A DNA stretch of 48,487 nucleotides from Nitrospinaceae bacterium (GTDB taxonomy: Bacteria; Nitrospinota; Nitrospinia; Nitrospinales; VA-1): positions 1-48,487 of the forward strand of contig JBHHVU010000019.1 in the NCBI GenBank assembly GCA_046754465.1, given 5' to 3'. The notes beneath the pieces were generated by a model. That model saw only the letters and a program-made list of their open reading frames with translations. It ran no database searches and was not told the origin of the DNA. Of this stretch, positions 20,711 through 30,532 are shown piece by piece. A program made the position numbers and the translations under genes. The stretch's first letter is position 1. Each line of letters begins with the position of its first letter.

Positions 20711-20874
20711 TCGCCACGGCTGATTTCCCCAACTTCCACGCCATCAAGGTGTGTTTCTTCCAGTATTTTTCAAGTCACAGAACTTTTTAAGCTTTCCCCG
20801 CTCGTTCCAGGATCGGTAGCCCAACAAGTTTTGACCTTTCTCCTCCTCACCTAATGAGGTGCAGATCAAACCAT

Positions 20875-20909
20875 AAAAAAAGCCCACGGGGAAAGAAATC
20901 CCCGTGGGC
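20875..20909 (-). terminator. Rho-independent terminator of the HydB/NuoF-like gene
   Basis: 11-bp stem GCCCACGGGGA/TCCCCGTGGGC followed by T7 on the minus strand, 17 nt after the stop. Confidence 0.85.
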
Positions 20910-20926
20910 GATCCATGATGGCCGGA

Positions 20927-22753
20927 TCAAAGAATAGCGAGAAAGTTGCAGGCCTGGTAACAGGCGTTGCAGTTGATGCAGAGGTCCATGTCGATATGGG
21001 CCGCGACCTTGCGGGTGCCGCCGGTGATCGCCCCGGTGGGACAAGGTTTGATGCACGCGCCGCAGGCCACGCATTCCTCTTCCTTGACAACATACCGGTA
21101 TAGGCCGGTGCATTTGGCGGCATCGCAGGTCTGGTCCACGATGTGCCTCTCATACTCCTTGCGGAAATACTTGAGGCCGGTGAGAACACATTTCACCGCC
21201 GTTTCCCCCAGTCCACAAAGTGAGGCCACGTTGATTTCCTCACACAGGCCCTGGAGTTTGTCCAAATCCTCCATTTTGCCGCGTCCCTCGGCGATTTCAT
21301 CGAGCTTGTTTCTCACCAGAGTCAGGCCAATCCGGCAGGGAGTGCACTTGCCGCAGGTTTCACCCTCGTTGAAGCTTATCGAGAAGCGGGCGAGATCGAT
21401 CACGCAGGCCGAACTGTCATAAGCGGCGAAACTCGCCTGACCCATGAGCACCCCCGCCTCGAGCAGGCTTTCGTAATCCATGGTGATGTCCGCCTTTTCC
21501 GGGGGCAGGAACCCACCCGTCACCCCGCCCACATGGATCAACTTGAGTTCTTTCTTTTTCACAATCCCGCCGCAAATGTCGTCGATAACCTGCCGGAACG
21601 TGAGCCCCATATCGAGTTCCATGAGACCGTTGTACTTGAGATTCCCGGCGATCGCCCAGGTTTTGCATCCCTTGGCGTTCGGCGTTCCCATGCTGGCGTA
21701 CCAGTCCGCCCCTTTCCGGATGATGGCGGGGACGGTGGCCCAGGTTTCGGCGTTGTTGAGCAGTGTGGGCCGGCCCCACAACCCTTTTTCGGTGGAGTGC
21801 GGGGGCTGCGCCTTCGGGAACGGCCGTTTTCCCTCGATGGAGGCCATGAGCGCCGTGGATTCCCCGCCGATAAAGGCTTCAATCCCCTCGTGCACGGAGA
21901 CCTCCAGGCTGAATCCGCTCCCCAAAATGTTTTCCCCCCAAAACCCACGTTCCCGGGCCTGCTCGATCGCCAGGTTCAAACGTTCCACCGCGATGGAGTA
22001 ATCGTTGCGGGTGTAGATGATTCCTTCCGCCGCGCCGATGGCATAGGCGCCGATCAGAAGTCCTTCCAGCATCTGGTGCGGGCACCCTTCCATGACGCTG
22101 CGGTCCATGTACGAGGCCGGATTGCCCTCGTCGCCGTTGACCAGAATATAACGCGTTCCGTCGGGGGTGGGGGCGTTGGCCGCCTTTTCCCATTTGTGGC
22201 CCGTGACGAACCCGCCGCCGCCTTTGCCGCGCAGGCCGGATTTCTTGATTTCTTCGATGACTTGGCCGGGCTGCATTTCCTTGAGCACCTTTTTGAGGGC
22301 CTGATAGCCGCCGACCGCGATGTACTCGTCAATGTTTTCGGGATCGATGGCGCCGCCAAACTCGAGCGCCACCCGGCTTTGTTTCGTCAGTTGATCGTAA
22401 TAGTCCTCCTTGGCCGCGGCCTTCTTGAACACCTTGCCGCCGACGATATGGTCTTTCAATATCTTGGAGACCATTTCCGGTTTCACCTTTTCATAGGTCA
22501 CGCGCGGCTGGCCCGGCACGTAAACGTCCACCAGGACATCGCGGCTGCAATACCCCCGGCAGCCGACCTGCCCCATTTGGCATTGGCGACCGCCCAGCTC
22601 CGCGTTGGCCTGCAAGGCGGTGATCTGCTTTTCAAATTCCTTGTAGACTTCCTTCCCGCCCTCGGCGACACCGCTCAGGCTAAGGCATACGGTTATCTTT
22701 ACAGTGCCCTGTTTCTCTTGGGTGGCTTGAGGTTGTTCAGCGACCGCTTCCAT
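20927..22753 (-). CDS. HydB/HoxF/NuoF-like FMN and NAD(P)H-binding Fe-S subunit with thioredoxin-like N-terminus and C-terminal 2x[4Fe-4S] domain
   Basis: VGCRGYC, SGLRGKGGGGF, NGDEGNP..YMDR, LNNAET, CGKCTPCR, SLCGLG, CVACGACIKPCP, CINCNACYQAC. Confidence 0.9.
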   Translation of the reverse strand: MEAVAEQPQATQEKQGTVKITVCLSLSGVAEGGKEVYKEFEKQITALQANAELGGRQCQMGQVGCRGYCSRDVLVDVYVPGQPRVTYEKVKPEMVSKILKDHIVGGKVFKKAAAKEDYYDQLTKQSRVALEFGGAIDPENIDEYIAVGGYQALKKVLKEMQPGQVIEEIKKSGLRGKGGGGFVTGHKWEKAANAPTPDGTRYILVNGDEGNPASYMDRSVMEGCPHQMLEGLLIGAYAIGAAEGIIYTRNDYSIAVERLNLAIEQARERGFWGENILGSGFSLEVSVHEGIEAFIGGESTALMASIEGKRPFPKAQPPHSTEKGLWGRPTLLNNAETWATVPAIIRKGADWYASMGTPNAKGCKTWAIAGNLKYNGLMELDMGLTFRQVIDDICGGIVKKKELKLIHVGGVTGGFLPPEKADITMDYESLLEAGVLMGQASFAAYDSSACVIDLARFSISFNEGETCGKCTPCRIGLTLVRNKLDEIAEGRGKMEDLDKLQGLCEEINVASLCGLGETAVKCVLTGLKYFRKEYERHIVDQTCDAAKCTGLYRYVVKEEECVACGACIKPCPTGAITGGTRKVAAHIDMDLCINCNACYQACNFLAIL

Positions 22754-22899
22754 GGAACACTCTCCTTATTGCTGGATCTCTATATGAAAATGGGAGTTTG
22801 GGTTGATTTCAGAAACACCGCGAACCCTACCCCGGGTCGGCACGGAGTCCGCGTCTCATAACATCTTAACGTCTCATAAACCCGCGAAGAATTCCAGCA

Positions 22900-22928
22900 A
22901 TTCTAGTCACCGGGGATGCAAATGTCAA
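22900..22928 (-). promoter_or_regulatory. Sigma-70-type promoter for the HydB/NuoF-like gene
   Basis: Minus strand TTGACA, 17 nt, TAGAAT. Confidence 0.75.
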
Positions 22929-23225
22929 TCCTTACAACCGGCCCGTTATTCCGTCAGCCGGCCGGGAGAAATTTTCCCCTGGTTTTTCCATCTCCGTCCC
23001 ATAAGGTTGTGAGGCCTGCGGGCTCCTTTATCCGGACTCCCCCGGGGGCTTCCTGATTTAAACGTTGATAAATAAAGAGATTCATTGGCACGGAAAACCC
23101 GGCGATTCACGGCGGACAAGAACGCAAACCATGCAAATCCCGCTACGCCCTCCGGTATGGAGAAAGAGACTGAAAACTCCCCCTGTCACCTAAAGGTGCT
23201 TCCCTGGCAAGGTGATTGATCCTCC

Positions 23226-24188
23226 TTATGTGGAGAGGAAGAAGGCGTCGTGAAACCGGGTCATGATCGATCCGTCCCGAATGGAATTTTGGAATGTTTT
23301 CGAAGCGGTGCCCGCGAGTTCCTGCAAGATCATCGCCGGGATATCTCCGCCGGCAGCAATGGTATGGACCGACCCGCTGCCGAACCGGAGATTGACGTCG
23401 GTGAAAAAGAACCGGCCGGCGGGGTCGAGGATTCCCTGCAAATTGCAGGGACCCCGCAGCCCGAGCCGGGTTCCGGCGATTTGGGCGGCCTCGATGAGTT
23501 GGGGGTCGAGCCGGATCCGGCTGACCGCCACCTCGCCCCCGCGAACCGCCAGCCGTTCGCGGGGGACGATGAGCAAGGGTTTGCCCTCGCGGTTGGAAAA
23601 CCAGTCGATGGTGAATTCCCTGCCCTGAATCAAGGGCTGGATCACATGGTCCGGGCATTTTTGGGCATAAAATTCCAGGTCACGGGGATTTTCAATAATA
23701 AAGCTGTTTTTGCCGCCTTCCCCCCACCGGGGTTTGGCAATCAGGGGGAATTCCAATTCACCCTCGAAACTTTTCGCCCGACTCGTGGGGGGCGAGAGAA
23801 TGCCCCGGGCCTGGAGAAACCCGGCCAATTTCAGTTTGTCGTGGCAGATATCGATGACCTCCGGGCCGGGCAGGAAATGCAGAAGGGAGTTCCCCTTGAA
23901 ATGGTCCCGCCGGAGGTTGAGAAACTCCACCGCTTTGTTAGTCAGGGGAATGAGGGAATGGATGGACTCCTTCCGGCAAATCTCAAGCACTTCGCCGAGG
24001 CAGGCGGGGTCGGGGAAAGGGGGGATCGTATGAGCGGCGTCGAGAACCTGGGAGGACGGGGAGAGGGGATCGCTGTCGGCTCCCACCACTTTCCCCGGTG
24101 ACACCAGCTTTGTTTTCGTGTTCTGGAAAGCGCGAACGAGCGATACGCGCCAATGCGGCGCCAGCAGAAGGAGGTTGGTTTTTTTCAT
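23226..24188 (-). CDS. ATP-grasp domain protein (CarB-short type, often glycan-associated)
   Basis: GADSDPLSP, ICHDK, FPLIAKPRWGEG, IQPLIQGREFTID, DVNLRFGSG. Confidence 0.85.
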   Translation of the reverse strand: MKKTNLLLLAPHWRVSLVRAFQNTKTKLVSPGKVVGADSDPLSPSSQVLDAAHTIPPFPDPACLGEVLEICRKESIHSLIPLTNKAVEFLNLRRDHFKGNSLLHFLPGPEVIDICHDKLKLAGFLQARGILSPPTSRAKSFEGELEFPLIAKPRWGEGGKNSFIIENPRDLEFYAQKCPDHVIQPLIQGREFTIDWFSNREGKPLLIVPRERLAVRGGEVAVSRIRLDPQLIEAAQIAGTRLGLRGPCNLQGILDPAGRFFFTDVNLRFGSGSVHTIAAGGDIPAMILQELAGTASKTFQNSIRDGSIMTRFHDAFFLST

Positions 24189-24223
24189 CCGGTGGTTTTC
24201 CCCAGGAAGCCGGGAGGCAAAAT

Positions 24224-24775
24224 TTATAAAACCCCCAGGTTTTCGATCTGCTGAAGAATCTTCGCGGACGCCCCCCAGATCCGGTGATGCTTGTACCAGT
24301 AGACCACCATCCCCTCGGAGGGTTTGAATCCGACATCCGGCTGCTGGGTGGCCAGCAAGGGGGCCAGGGGAATCTGGAGGGCTTCGTGAACCTCGTCGTT
24401 GCAGAATATTTCATCCAGCGGCGAATCCAGGATGGAGACGAACGGGGTGATATCGATCCCGTTCCGGGTCCGGACCCCGTCGAGGCGGCCGATGACCGAG
24501 CGGGGCGTCATGATCACTCCCACCTCCTCCCGGGTTTCCCGGATGGCGGTGGAGAGAAGGTCCTCATCGCCCGGTTCCGGCATTCCCCCGGGAAAGGAAA
24601 TCTGCCCCGCGTGGGTTTGGAGGTGCATGGCGCGTTTGGTCATCAGCACGCAGGCCTTATGGTTGCGAATGAAAAGGATCACCAGGACGGCCGCCTTTTG
24701 AGGGTGCGTCTCCAATTCTTCCCGGACCACGGGAAACTGGTTTTTGAGTTTGGTGCTGATCAAAAAAAGATTCAT
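24224..24775 (-). CDS. Nudix hydrolase, CoA pyrophosphatase (NudL-like)
   Basis: AAVLV, LMTKR...HAGQISFPGG, TAIRETREEVG Nudix box, IWGASA. Confidence 0.9.
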   Translation of the reverse strand: MNLFLISTKLKNQFPVVREELETHPQKAAVLVILFIRNHKACVLMTKRAMHLQTHAGQISFPGGMPEPGDEDLLSTAIRETREEVGVIMTPRSVIGRLDGVRTRNGIDITPFVSILDSPLDEIFCNDEVHEALQIPLAPLLATQQPDVGFKPSEGMVVYWYKHHRIWGASAKILQQIENLGVL

Positions 24776-24848
24776 TGCACTTTCAGGAGGTTACGGTTTT
24801 TTTGCCGGAGACCTTTGCAAGAGTGCCATGCTAAATATGAAGATGGGA

Positions 24849-25196
24849 CTATTTCGCCCATACGGACTCGTATTCATCGAGGTCGAATCCGACGGTGATC
24901 CGGTCCTTGTCGGCCGCGATGGGCCTTTTGATCAGCCTGCCGTTGGAGGCGAGAAGGTCCAGAGCCTGCGATTCCGTCATGGAGCCGATTCGGTCCTTGA
25001 TCTTCAGTTCCTTGTACTGAACGCCGCTGGTGTTGAACAATTTTCGCGTTCCCCGCTCTTTCATCGCCCGTTTTAATATGGTTTTTTGGGGGGGCTTTTC
25101 GGTGATGTCAATTTCCTCATAGGAGATTTTATGATCGTCCAGAAACTTTTTTGCCTTGCGGCAGGTTCCGCATTTGTTGTAGCCGTAGAACTTCAT
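24849..25196 (-). CDS. ArsC/Spx/YffB-family thioredoxin-fold protein
   Basis: YGYNKCGTCRKAKKFL, LFNTSG..YKEL, LIKRPI. Confidence 0.9.
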   Translation of the reverse strand: MKFYGYNKCGTCRKAKKFLDDHKISYEEIDITEKPPQKTILKRAMKERGTRKLFNTSGVQYKELKIKDRIGSMTESQALDLLASNGRLIKRPIAADKDRITVGFDLDEYESVWAK

Positions 25197-25336
25197 CGAA
25201 GGGTGTCTCCTCGCGTGTCAATCCGTTCAACATCTTAGAAATCCAAGTATACCAAGAGACTTGGTCGCGAGGGATCGGAAAACCGGAAAACGCTGTTTTT
25301 TTTCGTTTGCGAGGGTCCTTGCGATTGGGCCTTGAC

Positions 25337-25386
25337 CTACTATATATTGTGGGGAGTTGAATTGGATATACAAGAAATAGTATAAT
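25337..25386 (+). promoter_or_regulatory. Tandem NrdR-box-like operators overlapping the putative smc promoter
   Basis: CTACTATATATTGTGG (25337-25352) and ATACAAGAAATAGTAT (25368-25383), 31 bp apart; TTGAAT-18-TATAAT at 25357-25386. Confidence 0.65.
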
Positions 25387-25476
25387 TTGACTTTACATCA
25401 TTCACCGATTGGGATATCTTCAAAAATATTTTTAATAAAGTCAGAGTTTAATATTTTTCCGGATTCGCGAGAGAAT

Positions 25477-28400
25477 ATGTATTTAAAAAGCTTGGAATTG
25501 GAAGGTTTCAAATCGTTTGTCGACGCCACGGAACTTCACTTCAACAATGGTTTTACGGCCATCGTGGGACCGAACGGCTGCGGGAAAAGTAACGTTTCCG
25601 ACGCCATCCGCTGGGTCATCGGGGAACAAAGCTCGAAATCCCTGCGCGGCACCCGGATCACCGACCTGATATTCAACGGGAGCACTCACAGAAAACCCGT
25701 GAACCGGGCGGCGATTTCCCTGACGTTGAGCCACGTTTCCCCGGAAATTCGCATCGCCAACGTGACCAATCTCTCCGATGAAGTGAAAATCACCCGCTGT
25801 TATCACCGGTCCGGGGAGAGTGAATTTTACATCAACCAGGTGCCCTGCCGGTTGAAGGATATTACCGACTTTCTTCTGGATGTGGGAATCAGTCCTAAGA
25901 TCCTGACGGTCATCGAGCAGGGACACATTCAGGATATCATTACCGCCAAACCGGAGGACCGGCGCATCCTGATCGAGGAGGCGGCGGGTATCCTGAAATT
26001 CAAACACCGCCGCAATGAGGCGGCCCGCAAACTCGAGGCGGCGGGACAAAACCTGGAGCGTATCAACGATATCGTGCAGGAATTGGGCCGGCGGGCGGAG
26101 TCGTTGAAACGCCAGGCCGCCAAGGCCGAAAGATACAAGAAATACCAGGCCGAAATCAAGGACCTCTCCCTCAAACTGTATTCCCGGAAATACCGCCGGT
26201 ACCAGAAAGAGCTTGAGATCATCGAGGAAGAATTCAGCCGCCACAACGAACAGAAGGCCCGGGAATCCGCCCGGGCGTCCACCCTGGAAAACCAAATCAC
26301 CGAGCTCCATATTGAAATCGACGGCCTGACTAAAATTATTGCGGAAAAGAAAGATGGCATTTACGAACTTTCCAACCGGATCGGTAACGACGAGCACGCT
26401 ATTGAACTCAAGCAATCGCAAATCGCGCAGGCGGAAGCGGATATCCAGGCGGCGGTGGAAGAAATTTCGCGGATGAATGAGGAAATTCAGGCCGTGGCCG
26501 GGGGGGTGGAAGAACAGCGGCGCCAGTTGGCGAATATTTCCGAGGAAATCAATGCCCGGGAGGAAGCCCTTTGCCTTTGTAATCGAAACCAGGACCAGGA
26601 TAAAGCCGCCCGGTCCCGGCTGGAAGAAGAAGTCCGGTCCGGCGAGGGGCGGATTCTTGCCCTTTACCAGCGCATCTCCCAGAAGAAGAACGATTTGACG
26701 GCCCTCGAAACAAGAAAACATTACCTGGAGGGCCGGGAGGATAAGCTCAAGCGGGAACAGGAAGAAAACCTTGCCCAAAAAGACGAACTCCACGAATCCC
26801 TGGTCCGGGCCGAGACGGACCTCGCTCAAAAGGTCCAGCAGTTTTCCCTCCTGAAGGGTCAGCGGGATGCTCTGGCCCAGGAGACGGAAGAAGGCCAGAA
26901 AACGCTGGATGCCCAAACGGACCGGTTGGCCGCGGTAAAGGAGGAATACTTCGCCCGGTCTTCCCTGCTTTCCTCCCTCAAGGAACTGCGCAAAAAATTT
27001 GAAGGTTTCCACGACGGCATCAAGTCCTTGATGACCTACAACGCCAATGGCGGGCGCCTGACGGGCCTCCGGGAGGTGTTGGTGGATGTTCTCAAGGCAC
27101 CGGCGGAATACGAAGCCGCGATCGAGGCGGTTCTGGGTGAAAAGCTGCAGAGCATCATCGTCAACTCCTATTCCGATACCGTCGAGGCCATCGAATTCCT
27201 GAAGAGTCACCGCTCGGGCCGTGGCTCCTTCATTCCCTTGCGGCCCAAGGCCCCGGTGCAGGCCCCCGTCCGCTTGAACGGGAATCCTTCTGTCATGGGC
27301 AGGGTATTGGATTTCGTGGAATGCAAGGAGGAGTACCGCACGATCATCGAGCATATGCTGGCCAACGTGGTGCTGGTGCAGGACCTCGAAACCGCGCTAC
27401 GAATGCACCAGGACCCCAATTTTCACGGCACCGTGGTCACCCAAAATGGAGAAATGGTCGATCCGCAGGGATTGGTCACGGGGGGGGAGGTCCAGGAAGA
27501 TTCCCCCGGGCTCCTCTCGCGAAACCGGGAAATTGAAACGCTGACTGCGGCCGTGGACCGGCTTGGAACAGAGATGCGTGCCGCGCAGGCCGAAATCGAT
27601 CAGTCCAAGGCATCCCTGGCCCGACACCAGGAAAATCTCAAGCGAATTCAAGGCGAGGTCCATGAAAAGGAGATCACCCAAACCAACAGCCATAAAGACC
27701 TGGAACAGATGCGTAAGGAAGTGGAACGCCTGGAACAGAAACATTCCACGCTGGAATATGAAAGGTCCTCGGCATTCCACGAACTGCGGGAACTGATGGA
27801 GCAGCGAGATACCCTGACGCGTGAGATGGGGTCCGCCGAGGAAGAAAAATCCCTGGAAGAAGAAGCCCAGGCGCGGGTGCGCGCGGACCTGGTAAAATGC
27901 AGGGAAGAACTCGAGACGAAAGCCTCGGAGATCGGCGCCATCCAGGTCCGAATCGCCTCGCTTGTGGGACGGCGGGAAAATATCCTTACCGATATCAAGC
28001 GGCTCGACCTGCAACAGGAAAACCTTCGGCAACGGATCGAGAAACGCCAGGCGGACCAGACCCAAAACAAGAACCGGATCGGTCAAACACGGCAGGAGAT
28101 CGAGGATCTTGAAAAAAGAATTCTGGGCCAGGTCCGTGAAAAAGATCAGCTAACCGAGGAACGGGTCCGGGACGGGGAAACTCTGCGGGAACAGGAGGAA
28201 GGTCTGGACCGGATGGAGCAGGAAACCAAACAGCTCACCCGGCGGATCCAGGAATTGATGGAGACGATCTCGAAAATCGAAATCAAGCGCTCGGAAATAA
28301 AAATTGAAATGGCGCACCTTCAGGAAAAAATCTTCGATGATTTCAACGTGGCCCTACCGGAGTTGCTGAATGTCCCTGAAGAGGGGCTCGATGAGAAAGA

Positions 28401-29037
28401 AGCCGGGGAGCGGGTGCAAGGCCTGAAGGCCAAGGTGGCGCGGATGGGTGACGTCAATCTTGCCGCGTTGTCGGATTACCGTGAAACGAACGAGCGCTAC
28501 ACCTTTCTCAAGAAGCAGCAGGATGACTTGGTGGAATCCATCACCACCCTCCATGAGACCATCGAAAAAATCAATTCCACCACCCGCCAGCGGTTTCTGG
28601 ATACATTTGAGCGGGTGAATGAAAATTTCCACGCCATTTTCGGCCGCCTGTTCCAGGGGGGCAAGGCCAAGCTGACCCTGACCGATCCATCCAATCCGCT
28701 CGAATCGGGTATCGAGGTTACCGCCAACCCGCTGGGGAAAACCCTGCAAAATTTGTCCCTGCTTTCCGGAGGGGAAAAATCGCTGGTCGCCATCGCCCTG
28801 GTGTTCGCCGTATTCAAAGTCCGCCCCAGCCCTTTTTGCCTGCTCGATGAGGTGGACGCCCCTCTCGACGAAGCCAACGTCATCCGCTTTCAGGAAATGT
28901 TAAAGGAACTCGCGGTCGATACCCAGTTCATCCTCATCACCCACAATCAAAAAACCATGTCCTTCGCCGATGTGCTTTACGGCATTACCATGGAAGAACG
29001 TGGCGTCTCCAAAGCCGTATCCGTCCGCCTCAACTGA
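25477..29037 (+). CDS. smc: Chromosome segregation protein SMC
   Basis: MYLKSLELEGFKSF, Walker A VGPNGCGKSN, coiled coils, hinge GRGSFIPL, LSGGEK, LDEVDAPLD. Confidence 0.98.
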   Translation: MYLKSLELEGFKSFVDATELHFNNGFTAIVGPNGCGKSNVSDAIRWVIGEQSSKSLRGTRITDLIFNGSTHRKPVNRAAISLTLSHVSPEIRIANVTNLSDEVKITRCYHRSGESEFYINQVPCRLKDITDFLLDVGISPKILTVIEQGHIQDIITAKPEDRRILIEEAAGILKFKHRRNEAARKLEAAGQNLERINDIVQELGRRAESLKRQAAKAERYKKYQAEIKDLSLKLYSRKYRRYQKELEIIEEEFSRHNEQKARESARASTLENQITELHIEIDGLTKIIAEKKDGIYELSNRIGNDEHAIELKQSQIAQAEADIQAAVEEISRMNEEIQAVAGGVEEQRRQLANISEEINAREEALCLCNRNQDQDKAARSRLEEEVRSGEGRILALYQRISQKKNDLTALETRKHYLEGREDKLKREQEENLAQKDELHESLVRAETDLAQKVQQFSLLKGQRDALAQETEEGQKTLDAQTDRLAAVKEEYFARSSLLSSLKELRKKFEGFHDGIKSLMTYNANGGRLTGLREVLVDVLKAPAEYEAAIEAVLGEKLQSIIVNSYSDTVEAIEFLKSHRSGRGSFIPLRPKAPVQAPVRLNGNPSVMGRVLDFVECKEEYRTIIEHMLANVVLVQDLETALRMHQDPNFHGTVVTQNGEMVDPQGLVTGGEVQEDSPGLLSRNREIETLTAAVDRLGTEMRAAQAEIDQSKASLARHQENLKRIQGEVHEKEITQTNSHKDLEQMRKEVERLEQKHSTLEYERSSAFHELRELMEQRDTLTREMGSAEEEKSLEEEAQARVRADLVKCREELETKASEIGAIQVRIASLVGRRENILTDIKRLDLQQENLRQRIEKRQADQTQNKNRIGQTRQEIEDLEKRILGQVREKDQLTEERVRDGETLREQEEGLDRMEQETKQLTRRIQELMETISKIEIKRSEIKIEMAHLQEKIFDDFNVALPELLNVPEEGLDEKEAGERVQGLKAKVARMGDVNLAALSDYRETNERYTFLKKQQDDLVESITTLHETIEKINSTTRQRFLDTFERVNENFHAIFGRLFQGGKAKLTLTDPSNPLESGIEVTANPLGKTLQNLSLLSGGEKSLVAIALVFAVFKVRPSPFCLLDEVDAPLDEANVIRFQEMLKELAVDTQFILITHNQKTMSFADVLYGITMEERGVSKAVSVRLN

Positions 29038-29082
29038 CCCCGTAGGCCCCTCATCCTGACTTGTCACCCTGTGGGTGCCCTG

Positions 29083-30510
29083 ATGAAAAATAACCCTGAG
29101 AACCCACCGGACAGGAGTGGTATACTGCTTTTTCCCGAAAAAAAGCACAGGGCAGCCATGCCGGAAGCAAAAGACATCGACGACAGCCTGGAATTTCTCA
29201 GGTATTTTGAGAAGTATGCACAAAACCCGGATTTCGGAGCGCTTGTTCAGGAAAAAGTGAGCGCGGACCAAAAACGGCTCGATTTGCGCGGGAACCAGAT
29301 TAAGGAAGAAGAGTTCAAACTTCTCTCCGAAATCGATCCCTTGAGCGGATTGACCTCCCTGAATCTGGACCAGACGGGGTTGGCCTCTCCCGGACTCAAA
29401 CATTTGGTCCTTGGGAATATTTTCTCCCGGCTTCAGTCCCTGTCCTTGGCCAACAACAATCTGGATGACGAAGGGATATTTTATCTTTCCAAATGTTCCC
29501 GGCTTTCGCGTCTGGAGGAGCTCAACCTGTCAAGCAATGAAATCGGGACGCTCGGCGCCAAGGTACTGTTCATGGCCACCACCCTCGACCGGTTGAAAAA
29601 TCTGAACCTTTCCTACAACCGCATCGAACCCCTGGGGATCAAGGCGTTGTCGGATTCACCCCAGAAAAACCGGATCAAGGCATTGAACCTGCGAGATACC
29701 AGCCTGGGCGATGATGGCATGAAGCAACTGGCCAAACATGTCCAAATGGACCAATTGGAAGAATTGGACCTGTCGGACAATTCCATCACCTGTAGCGGGA
29801 TGGAGGCGCTGGCCCCATCGCGTCCCTTTCCCAATCTCAAGCGGCTGGTTCTCAACAACAACCATATCGGGGACGATGGCATGTATGCCCTGGCCGGATC
29901 GGAAGCGTTTTCGAGCGTGGAGGAATTGGAGATCATCAACAATTCCCTGACCACCGACAGCGCCATTTCGCTGGGGAAATCGAAAACCCTGACCCGGCTC
30001 AAGGCACTCGACATGAATAACAATGACATCCGGGCGGAGGGAACCCGGGCGTTGGCCCAATCGGCAAACATGCAGGGGATGGAACGTCTCGACCTGGGAG
30101 AGAACAAGCTGGGTCCGGAAGGCGCCCAGGCCCTGGCGGAGAGCCCGCACTTTTCCCGACTGAGATCCCTGCGGCTGAACAACAACAACATTGCCGACCG
30201 GGGAGTGATCGCGATCGCCAAATCGATGACCCTGACCCGCCTCGAATCGCTGTTCCTGGAAAACGAGAATTGGATTCACGCTCCTGGGACCCGGGCGATT
30301 GCCGAGTCCGAATCATTATCCAGCCTGCGCACCCTGGTGCTGAGTTTGAACGTGATCGGGGACGAAGGCGCCCGCTGCCTGGCTAACTCCCAAATGCTCT
30401 CCGGACTGGTCAACCTGAACGTGGCGGGAAACAAGCTGAGCCCCTCCGGCGAGGATGCCCTCATGAAATCCACCACCCTCGTCAATATGAAACTCCTCGA
30501 GATCGTCTGA
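29083..30510 (+). CDS. Leucine-rich-repeat protein (28-aa RI/GALA-like); start could be 29158
   Basis: About 14 consecutive LxLxxNxIxxxGxxALAxS repeats. Confidence 0.9.
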   Translation: MKNNPENPPDRSGILLFPEKKHRAAMPEAKDIDDSLEFLRYFEKYAQNPDFGALVQEKVSADQKRLDLRGNQIKEEEFKLLSEIDPLSGLTSLNLDQTGLASPGLKHLVLGNIFSRLQSLSLANNNLDDEGIFYLSKCSRLSRLEELNLSSNEIGTLGAKVLFMATTLDRLKNLNLSYNRIEPLGIKALSDSPQKNRIKALNLRDTSLGDDGMKQLAKHVQMDQLEELDLSDNSITCSGMEALAPSRPFPNLKRLVLNNNHIGDDGMYALAGSEAFSSVEELEIINNSLTTDSAISLGKSKTLTRLKALDMNNNDIRAEGTRALAQSANMQGMERLDLGENKLGPEGAQALAESPHFSRLRSLRLNNNNIADRGVIAIAKSMTLTRLESLFLENENWIHAPGTRAIAESESLSSLRTLVLSLNVIGDEGARCLANSQMLSGLVNLNVAGNKLSPSGEDALMKSTTLVNMKLLEIV

Positions 30511-30532
30511 TTCCCTCAAGACTCTTTTCGGC

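Noticed and set aside
21533..22861. 442-aa plus-strand ORF
   Set aside because: Antisense shadow of the HydB/NuoF-like gene
25483..27354. 623-aa minus-strand ORF
   Set aside because: Antisense shadow of smc
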